Source: the human T2T-CHM13v2.0 reference genome, Homo sapiens. Taken from it: a DNA stretch of 64,000 nucleotides. Both the position numbers and the translations under genes were made by a program. The notes beneath the pieces are model-generated. The model ran no database searches and had not been told where the DNA came from. It was given only the letters and a program-made list of their open reading frames with translations. Positions 31,111 through 50,396 of the stretch are shown piece after piece. The stretch lies in NCBI RefSeq assembly GCF_009914755.1, contig NC_060945.1; one strand, given 5' to 3'. Each line of letters starts with the position of its first letter. Within the stretch, counting starts at the first letter, position 1.

Positions 31111-31926
31111 CTGATCATCTGAGGCCATGGCAATCCCTTTACACCAAAATCCTTTCTTGAGACCTGCACGGTGACTCCTCCCACCACATCACAGCCCTAG
31201 CTAAAAGGAGCAAGCAAATTCCAGCTACTTGGGAGGCTGAAGCAGGAGGAGAGCTTGAGGTCAGAAGTTCAAGACCAGCCTGGGCACCACAGCCACCCTC
31301 TCTCTCAAAAATAAAAATAAATTAGCCAGGTGTGATGGTGGGCACCTGTAGTCCCAGCTACTTGGTAGGCTGAGGCTAGGAGTTTCAGTGAGCTATGATA
31401 GTACCACTACACTCCAGCCTGGGAGCAGGGCCAGACCCCCATCTCTAAAATTAAATTAAATTAAAGGAGAAAGCACACTAGTAACAATGCACTCAGGTCT
31501 GGCCACCTTCTGCCAGAAAATTATCTAGTACCATAAACAAAGCCAGATTCAAACAAGCGCCAGGCAGGACAATCTGTGCACTACAGTGCCAACCTTGCAA
31601 TACTCAGAGTACCCTCCAGAACTACAGGGACAGTGAATAGACAATAAGGTGCCAGATAAAGAACCTCTGGGAAGTCCAGGGACTTCTGCGCCCACCACAT
31701 CTGGCTAATTTATTTCTATTTTTATTTTTTGAGAGACAGGGTGGCTATGGTGCCCAGGCTGGTCTTGAACTTCTGGCCTCAAGCTATCCTCCTGCTTCAG
31801 CCTCCCAAGTAACTGGGATTTGCTTGCTCTTTTTAGCTAGGTCTGTGATGTGGTGGGAGCAGTCACCATGCAGGTCTCAAGAAAGGATTTTGGTATAAAG
31901 GGATTGCCATGGCCACAGATGACCAG
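31111..31926. repeat. Long inverted repeat: arms ~31111-31343 and ~31690-31926, spacer ~346 bp
   Basis: Right arm is the reverse complement of the left, covering ~105 bp non-Alu sequence plus part of a truncated AluJ-like element. Confidence 0.95.
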
Positions 31927-32010
31927 AAGTAATTACAGCATCCTGTCTCCTGCACCAGTGCTTCCACACAGCTTAAGTAAAAGGGTCAAAACTGTAACCT
32001 GATTCTGCTA

Positions 32011-32286
<276 letters not shown>

Positions 32287-32689
32287 TCAGAGGTAAAATT
32301 AAACCAATTTGTAATATTAACAAACACCAGCGGAAGAAACAGAGCTGGCCCAGATACGTGCCTCTACTTTTAAATTTGGCTCTTTCACATCAGATCGCTA
32401 TTTCCCACCAATTTCCTGTGTCGTGTTTCCAATCAGTGCTTTACAATAAGGGGCAAAAAGTAACCAGGAAACGGAGTCAAAACTGGACTAGAGTCATTGG
32501 GAAGGTGAACAAAGTGGTCGGTTTGACAGGGTCTGAAGAAAAACAAGAAAATTTCAGGAAACCAAAGGTCCCACACCGAAACTATCAATATCCAGAATGA
32601 GAAATGCTGAGTTTATATCCCAAAGGCCAAATCAGGGAACCTGCCAAGGCAAGTACGAGTATTCCTTGGGAAGACATGGACAGATGTGC

Positions 32690-33530
<841 letters not shown>

Positions 33531-33996
33531 GGTAGGTTCTTAGTTCGGCTGGAGTGGGTCTGCACCCCGGTTCTCCCCTTAGCTGTGGTAATAGAGGCCT
33601 CGGAACACGTCCCCTTGACTTTGGAGAGGACGTTGTAATTCCTAAGAGCTCTTTACAAATTTTCTAGTTTAGTTTATATAGTATAGGATGTATAGGAGAA
33701 GGCATCCCGGGGCAGAATTTTTGTCTCTAGTTCACTGATGTATCCCAAGCGCCCAGAACAGAGCACAGCGCAGTCAGCGCTCAACAGATGTTTCTTGAAT
33801 GAATGAATGAATGAATGCCCTTGCAGGCAAACTTCAGCTCATTGTCTAATTTTTCTGTCCTACCAGGACGTGAGTGTTATTTGAAGTAAGCACTCTGTAG
33901 GTACAGGATGGAAATATTTTCATTTACAGTAGTTTAATTCTGTGGCTTTACTTAAGGGTGTCGAATTCAGCCTTTCCCCCACTCTGTCCTTTGCCT

Positions 33997-34028
33997 TGCA
34001 ATTGGAATGCGCCGCCACCAGGTGGAAG
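33997..34028 (+). promoter_or_regulatory. Candidate CTCF site with upstream module
   Basis: CCACCAGGTGGAAG (34015-34028) is one mismatch from CCACCAGGTGGCAG; TGCA lies 14 nt upstream; locally CpG-retaining. Confidence 0.55.
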
Positions 34029-34849
34029 TGCCGCCTAAGGTACAAATATGACCCTGCGCCACGATAGATCGACCGTCTCCTTGGCCCAAATGTTACACTC
34101 ACAACCACTGCGCCAGGAAAGTGTAAGTATCTTCACTTTTTAAAATGGGAAATGTAAGTGACGGAGCTTGGATTTACATCCAGTCTACATTTTACCAGGC
34201 TACATTTCATTTAAGATCCTAATTCAAACCACGAAATGTACATATATACATATAGTGTTGGAGGGCGGGTGTATCTTTTGCTTCCTCAAATTTGCATACA
34301 GTTCCCATGAAAGCTGTCTGTTTCATCGGCCTTTTAGAGCCTGTACCCATTTAACCTTACCTAGAAACACTCTAGTGCCCTTAGAACATCTTAGAGCCAC
34401 ATTTAAGCAAAGCCTCTGAACATAAACTTAAGCAAGTTTGATCACAAACCCATTGGAGGCAGGTAATTGGAGTTCACCGGTATGAGAAATTAACCTAGTT
34501 GAAAGGTTGTCACTAGTGATAATGGCCAAAAAATACTATGTGCCAATCATAGGGCTTGGTTTATTAATTTTCACAACCTACCTGAGCAATTGGCATAATA
34601 ATCTTCATATTCCAGGAAAATAAATTCAGGTTTTAAGAGCTTGAGAGACATACCCGAGGTAAATCTTTGGCCAAGAATTCCCCCCAAATATTTTCTTACT
34701 CTGAATCTTCTTTATCTTGCCTTCTTTATCAACCAGCTCCCCAAATCTTAGTCTCATTCTGTCAATGTCTCTGCCAAATAAAAAGTATCAAGTCTGTAAC
34801 AGTAAATATCTAAGATAAGCCTGGATCATTACTGTGCCAGAAAGCCTAC

Positions 34850-35965
34850 AACTAACTATAAAATACAGACAAACAGAAACATGTTAAAAAGGACGGCGGA
34901 CCAAGCTCGAAGGTCCTCCCGCTGTCCAAATTTGGGAGAGTTTGCATAACAAAAAGAATAATGCTGAAATATTATGACATGTATATTAAAAATTCATGAA
35001 TCCGTAATGACACTCAAGAATAAATCAGTGTAGAAAGAGTGAAGAGAGTTTTCTGTACAAAAGAATGCCAGATAATAAAAGTCATAGGAATAATAGAATA
35101 GGGAAAATCACCATTCTGCATCTACCAATGTAACCATTGGTACAGGAAGGGATCGTCAATAGATGCTAAAATCAGTAGAGAAAGTTTGTTGAGGATCAAT
35201 ATAGTCACATAGTCTCTAACTATCACCTCACAAATTACTGACAAAATACAAATGGATAAGTGAAACTTTTCAATGGAGAAATCTGGTGGATATCATCATC
35301 AAGTGGTCAAACTTATCATCACCCAAAATGAGACAATCTGACATTATTTGTGCTTCTTGGTTGTGATATAAACAATATTATCTATGGAGTATTCCTAACA
35401 TAAATATTTAACCTGAATCTAAAGAATTATGAGGAAATCAGGTATATCCAAAAAGTGATATATTCTACAAAACAACTGACCTAAACTCTTCAAAAATGTA
35501 AGTTTTATGAAAGATGAACCCCCAAATAGTTAATAAACTGTCCTAAATTAAAGGAGACTAAAGAAATATACAGTTATTATCAATGCATGATCCTCGCTAG
35601 GTTTTGGATCAGGAAAAAAATTTACAAAGAATGTTATTGTGACAGAGAAACTTGAACTGTATACTAAATAATATTATATCAATGTTATACTTCTTGGATA
35701 CAATAATAGTGTCATGGTCATATAGGAAATAATCCTTATTCTTAAGATATATATATTAAAATATTTAGGAACCAAATATCACTATGCCTATAACAAACTC
35801 CCAAATGTTTCAGCAAAAACAGGGAGCTCTAATATTGAGGGAGGGAACAAGACAAATTTAGCAAATGTGGCAAAATGTTAACAATTAGAGAATCTAAGTG
35901 AGGATTTTAGTTGAACTACTCCTTCAACTTTATTCTGAAATGTTTCAACATCAAAACTTTGGAGA
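34850..35965 (+). mobile_element. Old L1MC/ME 3' UTR fragment
   Basis: Motifs such as aacctgaatct...atgaggaaa..., ctcttcaaaaatgt, aaaggagactaaaga, caaatgtggcaaaatgttaacaatt. Confidence 0.7.
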
Positions 35966-36337
35966 ATAACTTCAGTGGTTTTCAACCATGAAAGTTTATT
36001 TTGCTTATGTTGGCTGTCAGTGATGGCAGCTACCAGCCAATTGCGGCTCTGCAACTTTATTCCAGAATCCAGGCCATAGAAGCAGCCCCTACTTGGTCTT
36101 GTGCTTCTTGTGGCAGAGGGAAAAGAATGCAGTTAACCACCTTGTGCACTGGCTCTTAAGAGCTTCTGTTCAGACTCACCTGTGTCTCAGCCACACAGTC
36201 CCCTGGCCCCAGCAAGTCCCCTGGTCAAGATCAATGTCAATCAAGTAGGATGCCTCCTGCAGGGAGCCAGTAAATGAGGTTATATACTTCACATTCAAGG
36301 AGGAATGCAAATCACTGGAATCAAGATTCAATAACAA

Positions 36338-36621
36338 CGCCAGGTTTCATGGCTCACTCTTGTAATCCCAGCACTGTAGAGTGGCTGAAGTGAGCAGATC
36401 CTTTGAGCTCAGGAGATGGAGACCAGTCTGGATAACATGGCAAAACCCTGTCTCTACAAAACAAATACAAAAAATCAGCTGGGTGTGGTGGTACTTGGGA
36501 GGCTGAGGTGGGAGAATCACCTGAGCCCAGGAAGTCGAGGCTGTAGTGAGCTGTGATTGCACCACTGCACTCTGGCCTAAATGACAGAGTGAGATCCTGT
36601 TCCAAAAGAAAAAAAAAAAAA
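36338..36621 (+). mobile_element. Alu (AluJ-like)
   Basis: Diverged dimer with internal deletion and A-tail. Confidence 0.9.
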
Positions 36622-37056
36622 TCCAGTAACACAGTAATTTTCCCAAGATCGCAAAGATTATCTGGGGCTTAAACTCAGATCTGGCTGTCTCCAAACCCTA
36701 TACTTTCTTTGTTCTCAAATTCATATGCTTTTTAAATCCAAATATTTGATTTTACATTTTCAAATCATTATACATTTACTTGTTGGGAAATTTTGTCTTT
36801 TAATGTAAAGGTGCCTAAGGAAAAGTTTCACTCTCAGTTCTTTTCTTGATTCACAAGTTCTTACCAAAACCCCACACAGGATACCACTGTTGAGAGTTCT
36901 TGATGCCTCTATCAGCTACCCCATTATTATGCCTCTATCAGTATCCCCATAAGATAGAGGAACATAACCTCTATCTTATGTTCCTCCTACTGACCCAACA
37001 TGCAAGATACCAAACATATGGTTCTGTGCCTCACAAAGCTGTACTTTTAATCAGTT

Positions 37057-37435
37057 TGTGTTAGTCCAGATACTCTGAAGAACAGATACCAAGACAGAGG
37101 TAAGTATGCAAGGAATTAGTTAGGAGAAATGTTTGTAAGGGAAAAGGGGAAGGTGGCCAGGTAAGGCTGACTCCATGTGAAGAAGAGAAGGAAGGAAAAT
37201 TGAATGAACGCATTCTTGACCACCAGTGCAGTCTAATAAAGTTTCAGCAAGATCATTAGGTAAATCCCCAAAGCCAAAGTGGGCATGCCTCAGTGTCCCC
37301 ACTGTGCTCAGTCTTTGGCTGGGAGCAGCCCCTGGGAAGCAGGAAGCATGTTTGCCTCAAAGCAAACATGTTATTTCAGAGTTCAGCAGCTGGGGCCCTG
37401 GGTCAGTTACACTGCCTGTAATTGAAGGTCTAGGA
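37057..37435. mobile_element. Ancient ERVL-class LTR remnant (family uncertain)
   Basis: tgtgttagtccagatactctgaagaacagataccaagacag... resembles old ERVL LTR termini. Confidence 0.45.
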
Positions 37436-37678
37436 AGCATACAAATAAGCTGTATTTTGGGAATCAAATAATTGCAGAAGCATTTGACATGCATTTTACG
37501 TGTCTACATAATAAAAACACATTTGTATCAATTATCGCACATCAGGGGTCAACACCCTCTACTTCCACCTGAGGACAAATTGCTGTGAAATAACAAGAGA
37601 TGAATAGGCAGGTGTAACACATGGATTTTTTTTTCTCTTGGTATGTGATGTCATGAGGCTAAATGGTACCTTTATTTC

Positions 37679-39053
37679 TTTATATATATATATACGTATA
37701 TATATACGTATATATACTTTAAGTTCTAGGGTACATGTGCACAACATGCAGGTTTGTTACATCGGTATACATGTGCCATATTGGTTTGCTGTGCCCATCA
37801 ACTTGTCATTTACATTAGGTATTTCTCCTAACGCTATCCCTCCCCCAGCCCCCTACACCCTAACAGGCCCCAGTGTGTGATGTTCCCCTCCCTGTGTCCA
37901 TGTGTTCTCATTGTTCAACTCCGACTTATGAGTGAGAACACAGTGTTTAGCTTTCTGTCCTTGTGATATTTTGTTGAGAATGATGGTTTCCAGCTTCATC
38001 CATGTCCCTGCAAAGGACATGAACTCATCCTTTTTTATGGCTGCTTAGTATTCCATGGTGTATATGTGCCACATTTTCTTTATCCAGTCTATTATTGATG
38101 GACATTTGGGTTGGTTCCAAGTCTTTGCTATAGCGAATAGTCCTGCAATAAACATACATGTGCATGTGTCTTTATAGTAGCATGATTTATAATCCTTTGG
38201 GTATATACCCAGTAATGGCATTGCTGGGTCAAATGGTATTTAAAGTTGTAGATCCTTGAGGAATCGCCACACTGTCTTCCACAATGGCTGAACTAATTTA
38301 CACTCCCATCAACACTATAAAAGTGTTCCTATTTCTCCACATCCTCTCCAGCATCTGTTGTTTCCTGACTTTTTAATGATCGCCATTCTAATTGGCTTGA
38401 GATAGTATCTCATAGTGGTTTTGATTTGCATTTCTCTGATGACCAGTGATGATGAGCATTTTTTCATATGTCTGTTGGCTGCATAAATGTCTTCTTTTGA
38501 GAAGTATCTGTTCATATCCTTTGTCCACTTTTTGATGGGGTTTGTTCTTGTAAATTTGTTTAAGTTCTTTGTAGATTCTGGATCTTAGCCTTTTGTCAGA
38601 TGGGTAGATTGTGAAAATTTCCGCCGTTCTGTAGGTTGCCTGTTCACTCTGATGATAGTTTCTTTTGCTGTGCAGAAGCTCTTTAGTTTAATTAGATCCC
38701 ATTTGTCAATTTTGGCTTTTGTTGCCATTGCTTTTGGTGTTTTAGTCATGAAGTCCTTGCCCATGCCTATGTCCTGAATGGTATTGCCTAGGTTTTCTTC
38801 TAGGGTTTTTATGGTTTTAGGTCTTACATTTAAGTCGTTAATCCATCTTGAGTTAATTTTTGTATAAGGTGTAAGGAAGGAATCCAGTTTCAGCTTTCTA
38901 CATCCAGTTTTCCCAGCACCATTTATTAAATAGGGAATCATTTCCCCATTGCTTGTTTTTGTCAGGTTTGTCAAAGATGAGATGGTTGTAGATGTGTGGT
39001 GTTATTCTGAGGCCTCCATTCTGTTCCATTGGTCTACATATCTGTTTTGGTAG
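37679..39053 (-). mobile_element. 5'-truncated primate L1 (L1PA), ~1.4 kb
   Basis: Minus-strand ORF2p C-terminal peptides (YTKINSRWI..., KEDIYAAN...MRY), L1PA 3' UTR, 15-bp TSD tggtac(c/t)tttatttc at 37664-37678 and 39054-39068. Confidence 0.97.
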
Positions 39054-39111
39054 TGGTACTTTTATTTCAACATTATTCCTTATCAACTCTGTTGTGAGCT
39101 GAGGGGGCAAT

Positions 39112-39114
<3 letters not shown>

Positions 39115-39146
<32 letters not shown>
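39115..39146. repeat. (TG)n microsatellite
   Basis: Direct reading. Confidence 0.95.
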
Positions 39147-39149
<3 letters not shown>

Positions 39150-39699
39150 CGCACATAGGGGTGGAGGGGGTGAGAGGGTTCTGGAAAAATGAAAGGCAGA
39201 TGAATACAAAGATATATACATAATCTACTCCTTCAGCTATCATTTATCATTTCTCCTCAAACCATCTCTTTCTTATCAGAAATTTCCTAATAGTAAGGGG
39301 AGAACCAAGGATACAGATCACAGATAGACTTTCTTGTACAAAATATTTTTGTTTCATTCACAGAAAATATAATGTATGTACATATATGTATATATATGAA
39401 TTGTGTTAATTTTTATGTTTCCAACCCTCATTAATAAGTACTAAATAATGTTTATTTAAAATGTTGATGATACGGTAAGTGTTGAAAATTATAAATATCA
39501 CAACTTGAAGAGATAGTACAGATCATAATTTCACTCCCTTCTTTTAATAGGTAGAGAAGATGAATCACAGAAAGGCTAGTATTTGTCTCAAGGTCATATA
39601 AATGCTAGTATAGCATCTGGGGTCACTGGAAACGCCAGAGAATGCAGAAAATGCCAGGACTCCTGAAATTGGCATGTGGTCCTTAAAATGCTCTGAATC

Positions 39700-40075
<376 letters not shown>

Positions 40076-40690
40076 CTAAATCATCCCACCCTGCAGCAGT
40101 CACACCAAATCCTTCATTTCATAGCTTTGTGAACACTGCAAGAATTCGGCTCCTATTCTTAGAAAGTCAAAGAAGTGCTAATCCCTCAAACACATGTTAA
40201 TATGGATTTTCTTTGATGAAAAGGAACAAATACATTCTTCAAAAGTAAACTTCTCCCTGGTCCCTCATCCTATTTCAGAGCAAGAAAGCCTATTAGACTA
40301 ACAGCAAGCTCATTCAGAGTCTTTTAGAGGTGGGGGTGCTCATGGTTCCTTGGGAGTAGAGTTAGAGTTGATTAAGGTATCCTCTTTTGGTCAAACAAGA
40401 TGCTTTCCTTCAGAACCCCTTCCCCTTAATTATATGTAATTTTTTTCCTATTCCTTCATTGTTGTTTGAAATTCCCAGCCTGGTCTGCCTTATTCCTTGT
40501 CTCTTAGTTTTGACACTTGCCTGCCTTCCCTCCCCTCCCCACCATCCAATCTTGACCTATCCTGGGAAGAAGACACAGATGGGTCCTGATCACCCAAAAG
40601 CCACCTGCACCCACTGACTAACTCCTGAAATGTGGTATAGTGAGGGGGAAAAGCCTAGGTTTGATCCCAGCTCTCTCGCCTTTGTCCATA

Positions 40691-40695
<5 letters not shown>

Positions 40696-40722
<27 letters not shown>
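40696..40722. repeat. (CT)n microsatellite
   Basis: Direct reading. Confidence 0.9.
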
Positions 40723-42065
40723 GATGTACACTTAGGATATTTAAAGTATTTTGCTGCAGTGAGCATCTGTCTATGTAATATCTGTGCACTGGTGTAAGTA
40801 TTTCTTCAGAAGAGGTTGCTAGCAATGGAACTGCTTGGTCAAGGTTACATGCATATGACATTTTGATAGAGACTGCCAAGTGTCCATCAAAGTCGTTACC
40901 ACACAAGACACAGCAGAAATATGTTTCTTTTAGATAGCACTTGTGAATATTATCCTGGTGATAAAAGGCGACACCTTCATGCATCTTTGCGTTTGTGACT
41001 AAAGTCCAGAGTCACACCCTCTAATCTTCCACCTTTTTTGTTTCATATTCAAGACCTTGTCAAACCTAGCCTGGCACTTATCTATTGGGGTCATCACAGA
41101 AAATGCAAACCCAGAGCCCGTAATTTCAACTTCTTGTCAATCTCTCATCCAAAGGGCTGGATTTTATCTCTAAATCCTGTTATTACCTTTTCCACCACAC
41201 AATTGCATATCTTTAATTAGAATGAGTTTATCCAGCTGGACCTTTCTTAGTACTTTCCTCTTGATTCCCTGTCTCCTAATTGTTTTTACATTTTTTTTGT
41301 TGTTTTACATTCCACAAACAATGTAGTCTCCCTATCAAAATTCAAACTAAGAATATTTAGGGAGTAAAGCATGAAAGTCTTCCTTCTTAATCTTTTTGTA
41401 CTATCTATATGTCTATAGCTATATCTCAAATATTATTTTGTAATCCATTATTTAATATCTAACTGTTCCATACTGATGGTATTTGGATTGCTCAAATAAA
41501 TCCCCAAATAGAAGTGGTAAGGCAATGAAATATAAGGACAAGAAGAATAAAGAAAAAATAACTCCCTGAACAATTCTCTCTGTGACAACTGTGGGAGTAT
41601 TTTGATAACTGTTGGCAACAGGACACTGCATGTGATGTGGGGAAGGAAACCTTGGCATTCAAACAAGCAAATGGTTTGGCGACAGTTTATTAAATTTCTG
41701 CCATGCTTGCAAATGCCAGTAGCAATTTCTCAGACTGCAGAATTGCTACACGTGTCAGGTTTGAGACTGTTTCACAATCGTCATCAAATAATTCATCCTT
41801 CAAAATTAAAAATTATATGAACTCTTTGAGTAATCGTCACTTCTAAAACAAATGTTTTACTGGAGTTTATGGATTTCACTTGCGCATTTTGAACACTTCT
41901 GTGCCATAGAATGAAGATAAGCAAAGCATCCAGGTAACACTATATGTAATTTAGTCTTACCGGGAGATTTCTATCAGACTATTAAATCTTCTTCAGACAA
42001 AAATAGTCCCCGTTTCTTCTTACATTTATAGCTACAAACGCCCACCTTTTAAAAGACTTCAGCAT

Positions 42066-43915
<1,850 letters not shown>

Positions 43916-44616
43916 TTCTGACCTGTCTGGCTGGCCTTCTGAGAGGATGCCTAATTCCTAGTCCGTTAATCATGACGCTTGCCTCTTCCCATCAATCTTG
44001 ACATGCCTGGGGAGAAGACACAGCTGGGTTCTGACCACCAAAAACTAGCTGAATGCAACCATCATGAACTGCCTCTGAGTGTCTAATATAACATAGGCTG
44101 CAGAGCCAAGCTGCCTACATGCAAATCCCTGCTCTCCACTTCTTGGCCTTGTAACTTTAGGCAAGTTCATTTCCACTTCATGCTTCCAATTAATCATATG
44201 AAAAACTGCATTAATAATAATACCTGCTTCATAGCATTTGGGGATGACTAAAGCACTTAATGCGTAGATGGCATTTAGCACACTATCAGGTCGTTCAATA
44301 AAGCAGGTTATTGCTACTGCAACTAGCCTCTTCATACCCTGGAGGCTGATTCTAACCCAGATTTTTGGGTGACTTTTTACTCTACTTCACATGGGAATGG
44401 CAGAAGTCACCTTCACTAGACTCTCTAATGCAGCAACAGGCACTAGACTTCTTTGCTATGCCATGAATTGGCAGCACAGCCATTTGGGCATGGGAAGCAA
44501 GTTAGCACATAACCACAGTTAAATGCAATTATATGTGTTTTTTAATTTTACAATTTTCTGAATCAAGTGTGTATCAACTAAAGGGACAGTTATTACCTCA
44601 TTCTTAGAAAAACAAC

Positions 44617-45117
44617 TGTATTATGGTTTACTAGAGAAACAAACCAATAGATCATATGGATTTAGATGATATAAATGTAATAAATCTGTAATAGAGAGAT
44701 TTATTATAAGGAATTGGCTCATGCAAGTATAGAGTCTGAGAAGTCCTATAATCTGCAGTTGGCAAGCTGGAGACACAGCAAAGGAGTTGGTATAGCTCCA
44801 GTCTCAATCTGAAGACTGACAGCCAGGGGACTGATGGTGTAAGTCCCTGTCTGAGGGAAGAAAACCAATGTCTGTGCTCAAGCAGTCAGGCAGACAGAGT
44901 GACTTGTCCCTTCCTCCGATTTTGTTCTAGTCATGACCTCAATGGATTGGATGGTGCCCACCCACACTGGGGAAAGCAATCTGTTTTACTCAGTCAACTG
45001 ATTCAAATATTCATCTCTTCCAGAAACAGCCTCACAGACACACCCAGAAATAATGTCTAATCAGATATCTGGGAACCCGTGACCCAGTCAAATTGACACA
45101 TAAAATTAACTATCACA
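44617..45117 (-). mobile_element. MLT2-family LTR (ERV-L 3' LTR)
   Basis: tgtatta...agagaaac...gatttattataaggaattggctca...aaaattaactatcaca. Confidence 0.85.
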
Positions 45118-48230
<3,113 letters not shown>

Positions 48231-49159
48231 TTCTGGGGTGGTGGTGGTGGGTCCTGAGGAGAATCAGCATCGTCTTACCTGGCAACAGCCTCGGTGGGGA
48301 TGGTGGGGGGGCATTCTAGTTTGCTCTGGAAGTGTAGATTTAATGCCCTCAGAAGGGGATATAAAGAAATGCATTTAGAGGGCAGTGAACATTATAAACA
48401 TTGAAAAAAAAAGCAGGGAGTGTGTTTGCAATTCCAGTTTTCAACTTTTCACTTACTTACAATCTGATTGCTGTTTGTGCAATTTGGGTGAATTTCCCTG
48501 TTGGTAGAAATCATCTCTGATAACCATGGATTTTATTCTCATCCCTTTCCTCTGCAATCTAAAATATTTTGACACCAGAAGGCCCTGAAGGTACAAGTAA
48601 GTTGCATGAAAATCAACCCAGTGTGCTCTTGCATGAATAAAAAATTTCCATCATTCTGTCAATGAGAACTTGAGAATCTAGGTGGTGATATATAACACAT
48701 GGCCCAAATGTTGATAACTGATTATTTAATTTACAAACAGGCTGGCTGGCTGATTTTTACTTGCCCCAGTTTCATGACACCCCGTAATAGTTTAGAGCAG
48801 TGGTTCTCAAGCTTTTTTCATTATATCCCCCACCCAAGTAACGTTTTTAGACCTTTTCCTAATCTCCCCCGTGACATTTTAATGCAGTTGATCAATGATA
48901 TATCTGTTTATGTACTGTATATGTATCTGTGTTTTAAAGATTAAAAGAGTAAGCTTTTTCTTCAACCCTCAACAGAATAATTTTCTTTCCCTTGGGAAAA
49001 TATTGCCCCTGCTTGAGAATGCATGGCCCAAAATAGGTATCCAGATTTGATGCAGTAAGAAAATGTAGGATGAACAATCTTCCTCAAACGTGGCTCTTCT
49101 TTGCAGCTTGTTATTTTCAGTAGCAGAAAAGGAGGTAGCTATTTTATTACATTTGAATA

Positions 49160-49315
49160 TTGCCTTGCTGTTCCGTGTGGTCCACGATCACCAGCACCTG
49201 GGAGATTGCTAGAAATGCAGGATCCCAGCCTCACCTTGTCCTGCTGAATCCAAATCTGCATTTTAACAAGACTCTCTGTTGATTCCGATGCATGTTGAAG
49301 CCTGAGAAGCACTGG
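49160..49315. mobile_element. MER5A-like hAT-Charlie element
   Basis: cagcacctgggagattgctagaaatgcag...ctgaatccaaatctgcattttaacaag...tgagaagcactg. Confidence 0.75.
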
Positions 49316-50032
49316 TTGAGAGTTCAGTCCCCTGCTCAGTTGGAAAACATTAAGTGTAACTTAGTGTGAATAGAAAAAAATAGGCATAGGCCCTAAAACC
49401 AATGTTTAAGTCTCCCCATCCCTTTCTCTCAAGTCCTCACCAATACCCCAAGTTTCTTTCTTAAAAGTCATCAGTATTACTTTTCCAACTTAGACCTGAG
49501 TGTATTTTGTTTGTGTGTGTGAGAAAGGTTAATTTTATTTACTTCTCCTAAGCAAGCAAGGGAAAGGGCCCGTGGAGTTTCACCCTGCTAGCTCCTCTGC
49601 TTCTTTCCTTGTGCTCTTCTATTCTAAAAAGCAGGGACCTTAGATTCAGTTGGACAGAGCAAGATAAAAACAAGAAAGAACACAAATTTCTGTTTTTCTC
49701 CCCAATAAATTGGACTTTCAACTCTCAGTCAAGACCTCTTTAAAGTTAAACTTATTTTAATAGTGATCATTTCTCTTGGATCAAGTGAATAAGTGGACCC
49801 AGGAACACAATAAAGAGATTTTCTCTATTTTTGCTATTTTGAAGAGCCAGCAAGTTAGTGCAGGGAAGAGGGTATAGAATTAACTCAATATACTTGGGCC
49901 CTTATTTATGAAGATGAGGTTAACTTATTAATTTTTTTATGTATGTGAAATTTTGAAATATGTGTGAAACATTTCAACCATACAGAAAAAGCAGAAAAAA
50001 TAGTGTAACAAATTCTAGATACTCACACCTAG

Positions 50033-50396
50033 TACTATGGTCTGAATATTTGTGTTTCCCCAAAATTCAGATGTTGGAACCTAATCCCCAATGTGCTGGT
50101 ACCAGGAGATGGGACCTTAGGGAGGTGATTAGGTCATGAGGGTAGATCCCTCATGAATGGGATTAGAGCTCGTATAAAAGAGCCAGAGGGCACCCTCTCC
50201 CCTTCCACGGTGTAAGGACTCGGTGAGAGGCATTATCCGTGAATCAGAAAATGGGCCCTAGCCAGACACTGCATCTGCTGGCAACCCTTTGATCTTGGAC
50301 TTCCCAACCTCTAGAACTGTGAGAAATACATTCCTGTTGTTTATAAGCCACCCAGTTTATGGTATTTCCTTATAGCAACCTGAACAAACTACAGCA
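50033..50396 (+). mobile_element. MaLR solo LTR (MLT1A-like)
   Basis: tactatggtctgaatatttgtg...gatcttggacttcccaacctctagaactgtgagaaata...tatagcaacctgaac. Confidence 0.85.

Noticed and set aside
38315-38974. L1 ORF2-like ORFs as an active element
   Set aside because: 5'-truncated 1.4-kb copy with frame breaks; no promoter, ORF1 or RT core.
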